This document shows positions 1 to 12,900 of a stretch of DNA of 64,000 nucleotides, one piece after another; position 1 is the first letter of the stretch, and each line of letters opens with the position of its first letter. The notes beneath the pieces are model-generated. The model worked only from the letters and a program-made list of their open reading frames with translations. It ran no database searches and had not been told where the DNA came from. The position numbers were made by a program, and so were the translations under genes. Source of the DNA: Phoronis australis (Eukaryota > Animalia > Phoronida); NCBI GenBank assembly GCA_002633005.1, contig NMRA01000289.1, positions 220,792 to 284,791 on the forward strand. The letters run 5' to 3'.

Positions 1-1855
1 CAGTCTTCCATATATTTTTGTACATGTATATTTAGCCTTACTTCTAGTTCCATTCGTTACCGCCAAGACACCAGGTGAGTTCACACACGGCAGCTGATGC
101 AGCACTTGGGTAAACGTACCCCCCCCCTCCAGGCTTGGCGCCTGGAGTTAGGGTTGGGTATCCGGCTGTCAACCTCTGTAAGTATGCGAATCTACGCAAT
201 ACCTCCTTTTTCCTCCCTTGTTCTTTTGGTGCGTCCCTGCGGATGGGTATGAGCTGTCTTCAACATCTCTCGTGGCGCTTTTTATTGTCCATCTTTCCAG
301 AGATTATTATTTTATCTTTATGTTATTTGTACACTCATATTTCTGTACCTCATCAGTCATAATACATGTAAATGACCTTACACTTATATCGCCTATACAC
401 GGTCTCCTTTGTATCTCTGGAATCGGAGCTTGCGACGCACCTATTATTTTCGGGACACATTTCGAACATAAGTAACCTTTTTAAGTGAGAGCTCAAACCA
501 GGGGTCTGACGTAAGAGCAAGCATTTTGAATAAAAAAAACACGTTTTAATCTGTTGGTAAATGTGAGAGCTACATGAGTTAAAAGGAGAAATTATGAAGC
601 AAAATATTAAGAAATGACATTGGGCAATGTCACCACAGAGGCTCACTTTAGCCCATAACGGTATGCTCGTATAATACATCATTTTATGGAATTCAGTTCT
701 CACTGCCTTAAAAGTAATTCCACCTGTTTCAACCCTAAAATAGATCTTAATTATAACCCGAAACGTCACCACTGCAATTGTGCCCACGATCAAAACGACT
801 CACTGATGAAATTTATATACATCAAATAAGATTTTTGTGCTACCTTAATTCCCAAGAATTTAATCCTATTTTCCCGCCACTATTGTACTGTGTGTGAGAA
901 TATATATTTAACAGCCATTGTTTCGCTTTCCTTTCTATTCTTTTTTCTTGCGTTTTTGAATTAGAAAACTTATTTATTTCAAATTTAGAATGTTTTTAAT
1001 GTTTTTCTTGTTTCTGTGCTTTTTAATGTTGTCATTAGAACATCTTGCAGCATATTAACTTCTTTGCATTTTATAAAATCCCTGATATAATGATCTGCCT
1101 TCTGGGTTATTTGCATTATTACATATGACTCTATTACTTGAAATAGAATTTTTTTATTTTTGAAAGAAAATACCATTGTTGGCTGAAACGTGCGCTCATG
1201 GTGACAGTGCCCCAAAGGCATTCACTAGTTTTGTTCATTCTATTTGACCACGTCAACCTTCAAAAAGACTGTGATCCCACACACCAACTTTTGCAGTTTA
1301 AAAGTACAACAAACCTTCAACCTACTGCTGTAGACAGGCATTCAAAATCATTAAATCGAAGTAAGAAAATGCTCTGCTGCGCTCGTGACCTCTCAAAGGT
1401 TTGCACCATGTTTGAAAACGCCTTTTAAACTCTGCTAAACAAGCAAGGGCGACATTTACTAGAGGTGAATGACATGCCTGTGGGGCGTTACCGCCAATTG
1501 TTCACCACAGCTACTCAACAGCCAAAGCGAGCCCCAGGACAAAACGACGCTGGACTTCCTGCTGCAACACCTTCCCTAAGCCCCCCAAAAAACTCTCGAC
1601 ATGATAAGGAAGATTTTATATGGATGGTGTTCTATCTCCAAGGGGAGAAATTCGTTGTTAAATTGCAGTTTTACCATAAACAATTAAAGTGGGTTAGTTA
1701 TATGCATAGACGTACGTTAACTACATGTTCCAAAGAAAGCGGCAAATTTCGTAATAGATAATACGCCATCACCAATGGTCAATACTTAGAATGCAAAAAC
1801 TGTGTTCAGTAAGGAAATTCGAGAGTATTACTCTGGCTGCTAAGGGTTCTGATAA

Positions 1856-1929
1856 CATGGGCGGCGCACCATTGGGCTCGGGGGGGGGGGTGCTATAGCC
1901 CCACTTTTTTCAGCACTGCGCCGCCCATG
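1856..1929. mobile_element. Small GC-rich MITE (74 bp) with 13-bp perfect terminal inverted repeats
   Basis: CATGGGCGGCGCA ... TGCGCCGCCCATG at the ends. A related copy lies in opposite orientation at 44047..44116. Confidence 0.65.
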
Positions 1930-2169
1930 AATAACCACAGTTTGCTGAAAGAAATAGCCGGCACTGACGAACACGAGTAAAGTTCGAATAAAGACAACAA
2001 CTTTTCTAAAAGTTAGCGACATGCTTTTGCGGTAAAACATCCACCATTTTCAATCTTTATTCTGAGAATGGATGTCAGGTACAATACACAGAAAATCCAA
2101 AACACGCAAAAATGCCAGAACAGGGTTGACTAGGAATGAGTGTACCGCAACTCTGTATAACAGTGTCAA

Positions 2170-2540
2170 CGACTCTTGGGAAAACTGCATTGAGTAAGGG
2201 CCTTTCTGAAGACCGAATGTGAATGGCTTCACGTACTTTTAAGTGATAGCGATTAGTAGCACTGTCAATGATAATGAAGCTGTGTTCCCCAGCGGACCTC
2301 TGTGCAACATTGTTTTCCATATGTCTTAAGATATATTAATTCTTATCGCTAACTATGTGTTCCTTCATCCTTTACTAGTCAAGTGGTGAGTTGTCTCACG
2401 TACCAATTAAGTTGCTTGGCAACAACTACAATCAGATTTGTACGCTACATAGTATTTTAGACTGAAGGGAATCTTATTTTTAACACCAAGTAAACTAGCA
2501 ATGTTGCTCGACTCAAATACAAGCTAAACAAAGCTCGTTT
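2170..2540 (-). mobile_element. Degenerate Penelope-like retroelement fragment (GIY-YIG endonuclease region)
   Basis: Minus-strand translation across stops and frameshifts: LVFESSNIASLLGVKNKIPFSLKYYVAYKSDCSCCQAT*..ETTHHL..MKEH..DKN*YILRHM..FIIIDSATNRYHLKVREAIHI..RPLLN. This matches the PLE pattern VYKxxCxxCxxxYIGET..RxKEH..LKIKEAxxI..PxLN. Confidence 0.75.
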
Positions 2541-2794
2541 TGGAAAACCTCAGTGACAATGATTTCAATTTACGCTGTCCGATCTTGTAGTAAAATAGGC
2601 AGTGGGCCAGAATTTGTAGGGCTTCTAGAAAATGTTTTTTGTGAGTACTTTAGAGGGGCAATTTTATTTTGGTGTTTTTAAATTCATTTACTAGAGTGTT
2701 TTCAAAATCTAAAAATTTCCCACATATAAACATGCACATTTTTGAGAAATTTGAGTTTGAATTTGCATAATAACCACCATAGAGCTTAGTAAAC

Positions 2795-3294
2795 TTATAT
2801 TTGTAAAAACAACAGTTTTGGTGACTTTTTTGTAAAACAAGTAATATGGTCCCATCAGTGCCATTGTATTGAACAATATTACACTCACATTACATGTTTT
2901 ACTATTGTAAATTAATTGTAAACAGTGAAATTTAACAAACGTAAAGAGACACCTAGAGGCAAAAATACAAACTAAGTCTGAATGTTTCTCTAGGAAGTTA
3001 TTCTGGCATTGTCAGGCAACAAAAATAACACAAAACACTTAGAGAAATTATATTTGTAAAAACAACAGTTTTTGCTATCTTTTTTGTAAAACAAGTAACA
3101 CGGTCCTATCGATGTCATTGTATTGAACAATAATACACTCACATTACATGTTTTACTATTGTAAACTAATAATAAACAGTGAAATTTTAAAAATGTAGTG
3201 ACACCTAGTGGCAGAAATGTAAACTAAGTTTGAATGTTACTAGGAGGTTATTCTGGCATTCTCTGGCAACAAAACTTACACAAAACACTTGAGA
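2795..3294. repeat. Two-copy tandem duplication, unit about 253 bp
   Basis: TTATATTTGTAAAAACAACAGTTTT starts at 2795 and again at 3048. The units are colinear through ...GTTATTCTGGCATT..GGCAACAAAA..CACAAAACACTT with scattered substitutions. Confidence 0.9.
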
Positions 3295-4436
3295 CTGGGC
3301 AAAATTTGTGCCTCAATGCCTGAACCATTGACTAATGGTGTAAAACATAGCTTGTTTGAATAATAAACCAGAAATACGTTATAGTTCAAAAACAATATAG
3401 TTGAACGATCTCTGTGAATGTGCACACAGATTGTATGAAAATAATATGTTATTCCGACAGCGTTTAGCAAGCAGTACGAGACAAATATATTACAATGATC
3501 AGAGTATGTACTTTCTATGACTTAATCAACAAATAAAATTCAGTTTTTAATACAAAAAACGAAGTAACGGGGTTGGAGGTAAATTTAGGATTGACTTGTC
3601 AAAGAATTATCCAATGTTATGCAGTCAGTGTGGCTGATGTTACTTCAGTTCTCACAGCTGCACACTTCTGTTCAGTTTCACCCAGCATTGCAGCACAAAA
3701 TAAGTAAGGATATTTCCATGCAACGCCCCTAATATAGGGACTGAGTCCCTATTTATATTCATTAAATTAAGGGCTCAAATTGTAGTTTACTATTAGAAAA
3801 TGTCAATAGTCGAGGATAAACTGATAGAAAAACATTACATCTGTGAGAACGACAGAAATGTTCAAGCAAAAGATTTAGGTTTCATGGTTCAGTATCTATT
3901 TGGGATTGTTTCATGCAAGAGGGTGCTAAGCGGCTCAGGTGAGTGGCCAGCAAGCACGATCAATATGTCTATTCTTAAAAGTTACTTTAGAAAATGTCCT
4001 GTGAGAGAAAATCCGATGAGATTTGAAAGAGTTTCGAATTCTGATTCTTGAGCCAAATTGTCTTGAAAGTCATAATATATTAAACTGCCTCCTGTTACGA
4101 CTTCATTTTAGTTTACTTGATGTTTTTCATGCATGTACTTTTCTTTGAATCGGTAAAAAGTGGGAACTGTGATCGCCATCAGAACTCTAAGTTTGAGTAA
4201 CTGTATTTCCTGCATGAATGCATTGATTTGTTTAGATTTTGTTGTCCAGGGAAGCTGATGTTTATCCCACGAAACACAAAACACTGACCAGAGTTGATTT
4301 CTCTTTAATGGATGAATCGTGTAAAATGTCAATATATGTCCCAAAACACTAATTCATTAGCATGCCCGAGAATTGTCAGTCCGCTTGCTGTGAACTGTAT
4401 ACATGTAAATCATTAAATTAATGTAATTAAAGACAT

Positions 4437-4521
4437 GCACACATCCACGCACGTACATACGCACGCACGCACGCACGCGCGCACGCACGCACACAAACAC
4501 AAACACAAACACACACACACT
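4437..4521. repeat. Compound microsatellite (GCAC)n/(AAACAC)n/(AC)n
   Basis: Directly visible simple repeats. Confidence 0.9.
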
Positions 4522-6163
4522 CACATACAAATAAGAAAAGACGACTGCCTTTGATTTGGTCAAATTTTCACAAACACTGTGACCGAGAAAATATGGAAAA
4601 TTGATATGAGGGAACAATGTCCCTGCCGTTACAACTGAAGAATATGGAAACTGACAAAAAACCCCATTTATTTCGTCCCTGACCGGCACCCTTGCATTCC
4701 TCTTTTGACTTCTTCGTTTCTGTAAACTATAACCCCAGTTATGACCGCTCCCTGCAAACTACAGCTAGCAGTTGGACACAAGCCTGTCTCCCGAGTTTCT
4801 GCTTCAAAGTTCATTGGCCTTTCCGGGTTCATAAAGCAATGTATTTTATTGGTCAGTTAAAGGATACATTAATAGTTTATTAAGATGGCTTTGACTCGCA
4901 TGGCTGGTTGCGTTCGATAAACGCTAGAACCTCGCGAAAACGCAAGGTCACGCAATTCTTCGCGAGATTGGCCGCGCACACGTCACACTCAAGCTTTTGT
5001 TGTGATTGTCTTGGGCCTATGGAATGCAATTCGGATGTTTTAATCAATAAGCAAAGGCAAAGCTAACCTAAAAATCTCGTTGACATCCACTGGAATCGTC
5101 GTTACGGTAGGCCTATTCCACTCCTCCCTCACCCTCGCTGTACTTACATGTAGGACTTCCTACATGACGTCATGACGTGGGATTGTAACTCCTGACAACC
5201 AAGTAACAGTATTAGTAGCTGAAGTACCGTCTCCTCTTCATGTCATTCACTTTCAATTCACAGTTCTGATTGTCCACCATGTTTACATCATTATGTGCAA
5301 CACTGGGAAACACGTTTTTGGAAAGTGATCAAAATGTAGCATAGTTTGGACTGGCCTAAAACAATGCACCACACTTTGCGATATAATTTCTGTTGCAGCT
5401 ATGGTTCAGATCGAAGTGTAACAGATGTAGACAGGCCTTAGTAGTATGATATACAAAATTTAGATCAAATTGCGTATCAACATTGTTTCCCTTTTTGCCT
5501 GGTCATACTTATTTTTAGTTGGATTGTGGCGTAACTATTCAGTGAAGTTTGATGGATAAAAAAGTAACTTTGAAATTGCACTAAGTGTTCATGAAATCTG
5601 ACCACCTATTATTTCAAATGACTTATTCTTTTTCTGATAGTTTCATAGTTCTTTCACCCAAACTGAAACAATCAGTCGATCTTTTGATTAAAAAAAAAAA
5701 CGTGTTAGAGTACAATAGGTAATACCAGGACTTCCCGTAACAAGGCCTTCACTGCCAGACTGGTATATTAAGTGGTAGCTCTTTAATTGTTTACAGATAG
5801 ATTCCCGTAATTGCACACACATTTTCTTAACGCACGCTCTCAGTGCGGAAATCGACTATAAATACATATACTACCAATAACCGTGAAGTCTATTTGCACT
5901 TGGACACCTACTTATGTCAACTGCCGCTATATAGTGTGTTGCTGCCTATTTCTGTCTGCACCAATCCCGGCTCTGCAGACTAGCATGGCGGTATGGTACC
6001 AACCAGAAAACTAGGGTAAACATGTGAAAACCTTATCACTACCTCTTTGTTGTTTGAAGCGCATCACTTCAATTGCTTTCAAGCTAAATGATCCGTTGAA
6101 TATTTCAAGTATACTCGGTAGCCGCCAATCCGTTCGTACATTCTTCGTCTAAAGCGTTGGATA

Positions 6164-6299
6164 CACTTGATTGACTTCGCCGGTTTCGCCGGGTCAACCG
6201 GCTAAGACATCTGATTGGTTCTCGGTTACGACTTACAGACCCTCCAAGCAGATGTATCATCTGGAGTTGACCTGCGAAACCGGCGAAGTCAATCAAGTG
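6164..6299. repeat. 136-bp fold-back element (palindromic MITE-like)
   Basis: Perfect 26-bp inverted repeat CACTTGATTGACTTCGCCGGTTTCGC (6164..6189) and its complement (6274..6299). Pairing continues inward (GGTCAAC/GTTGACC, ACATCTG/CAGATGT). Confidence 0.8.
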
Positions 6300-6884
6300 C
6301 AGCCAATAATTTCGCTGTGATACTTAAAGATGCTGCTTGTCAATGTCAATACGTAACGGCACATATCGGGGGTTCTTGTTTAAATCCACACAAAGAATGT
6401 GGCGTGTTGAGCGCGTTGGTGATTGCGTAGGAACCTGTTGGCAACCATCAAGGTCCCCTTGCCACCATTTGTCTTTTAATCACCTGTCAAAGAGCTGCAT
6501 ACAAGCTCGAAACCAAGATATTTTATGTGCTTTATGCTGGCCAGTAAACAGACATAGTGACTATTTCTGTTCTGTATTGTGTTTTTTGAACTTTGAAGTG
6601 CACAGGGAAAGTTTTGTCTTTTGTTGGCAGTCGAGACTTTGCGTAAGGAACGATTTGTAAACAACTTCCGCGGGAGAGCTCGCGTAACATAATTCCGCGG
6701 GGGAGCCTACGGAACAGCATGCAGGAAAAGGCAACTGAGAGTGTAGGGATTTTTATTTGAAAAAACCATGGGCAAAATGTAACAAACCACAGGCGATAAT
6801 TGCCGCGAAGCCGAGTATTCGGCGGCGACAAGGGAGAATTTAAGCAGTGTGCATACGCGACGGAAGCCGGAGGGAGTGAAATTA

Positions 6885-6937
6885 AGCCGACGGAGTGACG
6901 TCACCCAGGCCGTTGAGCCGACGGACTGACGTCACCA
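6885..6937. promoter_or_regulatory. Direct repeat (31-bp period), each unit with a full CRE palindrome TGACGTCA, inside a CpG-rich patch
   Basis: AGCCGACGGA(G/C)TGACGTCACC occurs twice. TGACGTCA is at 6896..6903 and 6927..6934. Function is not demonstrated. Confidence 0.35.
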
Positions 6938-9900
6938 AGGGCAGTACGAAACCGGCCACCCTCCCTCCGCGTCCGCGAAAAAAACGGGCTGTGAGAAAAA
7001 AACAGAACTTAACCTCGAATCTAAACAGGGGTCCGGTGCAATACCTAGCTGGGAACAAGGCGGTGCCGAAACGTGCGTAACGAAGGCCTGTAGTGCCGGG
7101 GAGACGGAGTTTGTGTAAACGATGCATTTTATAAAATAGCTTCTTTAGTATTTTCATTTTTTCACTCCAGTCTCGACTACTTTATAGACCTAACTCACGC
7201 GGCGGACATTAAAATCCAAAGCGAGGCTCACTGCAATAAACAAAGCGGAAGTTGACATTGCGTGAGTTAATTAGCGGGTCTTTCGAGTCCAACCTGGTTA
7301 TTAAATCTTTAAAATTTATCGAAAATTAACCACAGTGACATAGAAAAATACATTAGAGAAAACGTTAATGCATCAAAAAGTTGTCTGACGAAAGGGTATA
7401 ATTTTTTTCGGAAAACTAGGTTCGAAACTAGAAAAAATAACTATGACCAACAATATGACCAAATTGCGGCGATTGTAGTGTTACGGATAAGGTATTATGC
7501 TGAATGCAGGGTTACGTTTCTTCTTGTGAATTGTTGATAAAAATGCTTTCTACACGAACCAGGTCATCTGCTCGTATTGTTGACGATTTGAAAATATATT
7601 CGACAGTGGTGGGTCATCGCATTTTGCTGTCATGTGCAGGGACTACTGGGACCTTGATTTGACATTGATGTGAAAGAATAATTGATGTTATTAAATATAT
7701 TTTATTAAAATAAAAATCAGGCTCGTAATTGAAAATAAAAATTATTTGACCATCAATTCTGTTTTTTGGTTTTAATAATTCTTACGTCTATTTCATGTGT
7801 TAGGCTTCAAATATCGATCTGGACAAAGTCAGTGAGTTTCAAAATTAAAACGCCTTATTTGTTCGTCGAAAGCATAACGTCGTTTTAGAAATCAATTTCA
7901 GTTAATTGGAAAGAGTAAACATAGTTATCATGTTTCTCTAGGAGCCTCGTTCATCCGAGGGGAAAGGTGCCTGCGCCTTCTGAGAGAGGATTTTTTTCGC
8001 CGCGCGAGGGGAAAAATCTACCTCACGATCACCATCAATAGCAACCCCGCCCTGTTGCAAGCTTTCATATTACGCTCTGTCTTAATTTCTAGTAGCATTT
8101 TGTGCTCTTTCAAATTGTCGCCTGTGCGGTTACAGGTGATTTGAACAAAGAGAGAAATTTTCAATCACTAGAGGAATTTTTAGGCATCGTGGGGGGAATT
8201 TTGCGTGATTTGTCAATACTTTTTGAGAGGGGAATAGGGCCGATGTTATCACCAAAACTGAGGGACTGAGGGCCCTGTCCTTTTTGGGAAGAAAAATGCA
8301 TCACGTTTCAACCCGTAGTCATGAAAACACAGCCTGACTGGCCGAAGATTCCGCTCCGGCCGTTGCTATGATGCTTAGCAACCGAGTTTCGACAAAATAT
8401 GATCTAACTTTTCGAAAACATTTATAAATTTTACACGGACATGTTTTCCTTCGTCGCGGACTATGGCAACGACCATACGCTTCCGAATCTCAACGTCCTT
8501 AGGGATTGTAAAGCAGACAGTTGAGTGTCCGTATTTGTTCTTGTCGTTCGAGCAACGCGGACTACATCTATGCCGATCAGCTAACAGAGCTATCGTAACG
8601 AGCCTCGTTTTGGAACGCGCCTCCTGTCGGCGTGAATTAGGTCTATAGGATACTTATTTACAACGAACCAATTTGCGTGTGTCTTGGGTCTGCTCAGTTC
8701 ATTAGCATAAGAGCGTTCAGTAGGTCCCAATGTCATCTTCGTGTTCTGCGGGTAGGACCCACCCAAGTGCCTCTCCGGCATGAATTTCGAGTTCTCATTG
8801 TAGTATATTTTGGATGGAAAACACACTTTTAGAGTTGAAAACACGCCGTTTGTGTGGAAAACACTCTGTTTGTGTCATAGGGGCATAAAATTGCCTACCG
8901 TGACAAGCCACCTGTAATGCCTGGCCTTGGGCAATGACGGACCGTCACTAGTCATTCCAAGCCCCATCACCTATAATTTGTACAAACCAATTTGATACCA
9001 AATGCATAACGGCAAGTGGGTTTAAGGGTGAACGTAATCGCTTACTGTAACTCTGCATGCGTGCAGTTCTGTCTGAGGCGTATCATCCGGCCATCTTCTA
9101 GTAAGTCAATGAGTTCTAGGTTGTAGGAAAACACTTCATGTATACTTTCACTGTGGAATTCACTTTTTCTTCTTTTACCAGTTCATTATTTGAAAAGTCC
9201 CTACGTTTGAAATAGCACGTTCTGTAGGAAACGAAGCTTATATGGATTGAACAATAGCCATATGTTGAGCATAAGAGGGTGCTGTAAGTAATAGCATTGG
9301 CCAATAACAATTCAGAACTCCATTTCGGGTACCCGGGGTAGATGCAGATTGGGTAGCACTGAACAGTTAAGCTGTAGCCACAGGGCACTTTCAAGTCGCT
9401 TTATAGTCCCTAGAATTTAAATACAGGTCGTGTGGCAGGTTTGACGAGTGTTTTGCCAGGAAATTGATTTACTGTTTTTGAATGAGAAAAGCCAATTTTT
9501 TAGCCGCGACATACTTTCCATGCAAAATGGTGGCTGTCGTTTGCTTTCAACCCCTGTCTTTTGCTTACTTAGAAACCGGGTGTGATTTCAGGTGGCTGTC
9601 AGACAGACCGAAATTGCGAAAAAGTAGCTCGTGAGTGGCGTACCATGACCAAATTTTTAGAATCTAAAGAGAACAAGCATCCTGAATCTGATCGGTTGCC
9701 AGATTTTTTTCTAGCATTTGCAGGGAAATAGAAAATTTGGCGAGAAAATTGACCTGGATGTCAAATTTGGTGTTTTATGGTCCTATTTTTGTGTGCCGAT
9801 ATTTTTTCCCGATGTGAATTAGCCGATTAAAAAGTTTGTTGCAAGAATTAAGTTTCAGTTATCATGAGTTGGGAACGCCAAAAAAAAACTTTTGGTTTTT

Positions 9901-12900
9901 CAGACTCTCGATAAGGACGCGAGATAAGGACTCGACTCCACTTGGGTGTGTGTCGGCAGCCAAAAGCTTGTAATAACTGTAGTGTGCCTCCTCGTTCATC
10001 TACCACGGTGAGCAGAATAAGAAATCCTTGGCTGATAGACAAATGAGTACCGTAAAAAGGTTTTACCCAAGCTACTAAAATTGTTGATCTTAAATCTGAC
10101 CGTTAAAAGCTAGACAGTAAAATGATGTTTGCATGGATATTACGTATCAAAGTATTTTTGGCAGTGTTTGCAAGGGCATGCAAAATTAATCAAGATTTAA
10201 TCGATCAAAAGTAGCCCAGAAGAAGAAGAATTTGTGTATTGTACTCTGTTTATTATGAAAAACAATGTCACGTTGAAGATATCTTTTGAGAATACGTTTA
10301 AATAAACCTTTTTTGCACTAAATTTCAGTTTGACTTAATTTAACGAAAATGAAGCCCAATCAGATTATTTAACTTGTCAGCGAACAGTAACCACAGTTAC
10401 ATTGTTTATGGTCTGAATTATTAAAAACAAAATTTTAGGAACGAAATGTGACTAAAACGAAGTATTGGGTGCATGTATACAATAAAAGGATACCGTTACC
10501 ATAACAAGTTTTAAGGAAATATCACTGAAAACCCATTGCCATGAACAACTGTTACACCAGTTAGTGAATGAATAAATGAAAATTCCCAATACTTCATAAA
10601 CTGTTTAAGTAATTTTCATTAGATTTGTGTATAATACGATTTTGGAACTTGCAGATCGTGAAAACTGATCATTTTAGGGGTACAATCTAAAACTCCACAA
10701 ATCTGGTAAATGTTGACCAGTATTCAAGTTTGGCCTATCTTATGTCTCAATGAGCATGTAATAACACGACTTTGAGCTCCAAGTACTTACATTTACACTG
10801 GACTGTGTGTTTCAGAACTGATACTATTGTGTTGTAAATGATTTTACTTCAATGTGAAGAAGGACCGTAGGAGTACACAGAAAGAAGTTGTTGGCATACG
10901 AGTGGGCCAGAGCTTCACAGAACGTGGCACCTTTGTATAGCCATGCAGTGTTTTCTGATTGCGATATGGGGTATCTCTTTTAAAAGCCGCTGAAACTGTT
11001 GCAGAATTGGGGCCCGTTTTTGTCATAACTCCTACTTTATCGTGCTTTTTGTTAAAATATCACTGCACCTTTCATACTCCTTCGAATGAAACAGGTTGAA
11101 AACCTAATTCAACATTTGTTTAGTATAGTCATCAAAACAGTCCAGGTTTTTGTAACTTACAGTCGTTTTACATTTCACCACCAGATGACGGTAAATTTTT
11201 CTTTAACATTTTACTTTTATGGCTCTTTTGACATACATGTATTGTATTCGTTTAACCTTTGGCCAGCATTTTTAAATGCGTCTGTTAAAATACCCGAGAC
11301 AATAGTTTTTATCAATAATGACGCATTGTGCACGAACTCCAAATTTCAACATTTTGCCATTTTCACCAACTTCATTGGAAAATTACAAGAAAATGTACAA
11401 CAAGAACGTTTTACATGTGAAAGTTCACCAGGTGAAAGTACAACCACGAAACCTTTTTCTAGCTCCTGCAGCTCGGGGCCCACTGACTAATTGTTGATGA
11501 AGACGTGTGGGGAATTACACACACATCCTGTTCATCATTCGTGTAGAAAACCACGCGGAGTGCGCTTCAACCACAAGTTTAATACCCACGGTATCCCTGT
11601 CTGGATTTGCATCCTGGAAAGTTAACGTAAAAGGCATTTCCTTTCCCTGCAAAAATCAAGGTAAGATAATCTATATCTCTAGATTTGGTTACAGAACCAG
11701 GGTAGTTCACATCAAATAAGCATGAATGAGGGAAGTTGTTTAAAAGCATTGTTTTACAATGGGCTTGAAGACCACGATTTGAAAAGCGTGCTCGTTTGAA
11801 ACTATATTAAAACTACTGATTTTCAGTAGCTAACCGAAGACTGGCCGTTTGTGTCAAGGCTGCTTGCGCTTATCTATAGTTATCTAAGAAATAACTTAAA
11901 ATATAATGTACATATCTCACCAAACTTTCAAAACATAAAGACGAGAAAGCATCACTGAGCTCTATGAATTCTGGTGATATAGGAACATGACCGGCTGGAT
12001 GATATGAACTCGAGTAGGCGGTTAATCATAGCCGGTGTGTAGGCAAATATTCCAACTTGACCTTTCGAGCTAAAAAATAGAAAACGGCTTGCCGATTGAA
12101 ACAGCTAGAGCATGTTCAATTTTGCCCCGATTATCGTTAGATTCAGGAGAAGTCGTACCGGTATATGACTTGTGGACCTCTGTCTACACACTCGAATTGC
12201 CATAGTATACCAAGTCTGAGCAAAGTCGTAAGCGAAAATCGACCCGGTGTGCTTTAGACAACAGATCGTAATAAGTCAAAATATAGTTCAAGGACATTTT
12301 ACAAAATAATGTGGAAAAGAGTCACGGTGTCACCTTTAGTTTTGTGAGTTTGACCATGATACATAGAAACATCTTACATTTGAAGCAAGGAGTGTTAGAA
12401 GTACTTCTACGTACACTCCTTATTTGAAGCATCAAAAGCCGCTGCACGTAAATTGCATAATTGTGAGTAACAACACGGCCAATCGTAACAAGGAAAGTGT
12501 CAGTTCTAAAGGAGATGAACATGTATGTGTACCGTCATCAGACTGAATACACCATCACATACCTGTATATGCTGTAGATTTACATAATTTCGAGAACAGG
12601 TCAAGCGGAAGAAAACGTTTCCGCCAATATAGTGCAAAGCAATAAATCATGTTGTGCTTTTCGTAAGATTAGGCATACCAATAGACGTCTACACCGCAGA
12701 AGTTATTCGGCCAAGGTGAGCTCCGTCTTCAGATTAGAACTAGGGTGTGTATCGCCGTCTAATGGAGTATGTTACGCCATAAATTGAGCGATTGGAATAC
12801 ATTTTACTTCTGGGTATTTATGCGATTGATACTATAATGTTGACGCACGGTAGTTGTCAGCCCATAAATTCTGGACTACGTGTGAATAAATTGGGAATAA

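Noticed and set aside
4357-4689. 110-aa minus-strand ORF with VCVRARVRAC repeats
   Set aside because: It is the translation of a microsatellite.
10800-11760. Stretch with coding-like character and a minus-strand acceptor, possibly a decayed transposase
   Set aside because: Stops occur in all frames, no motif is recognisable and I found no matching termini.
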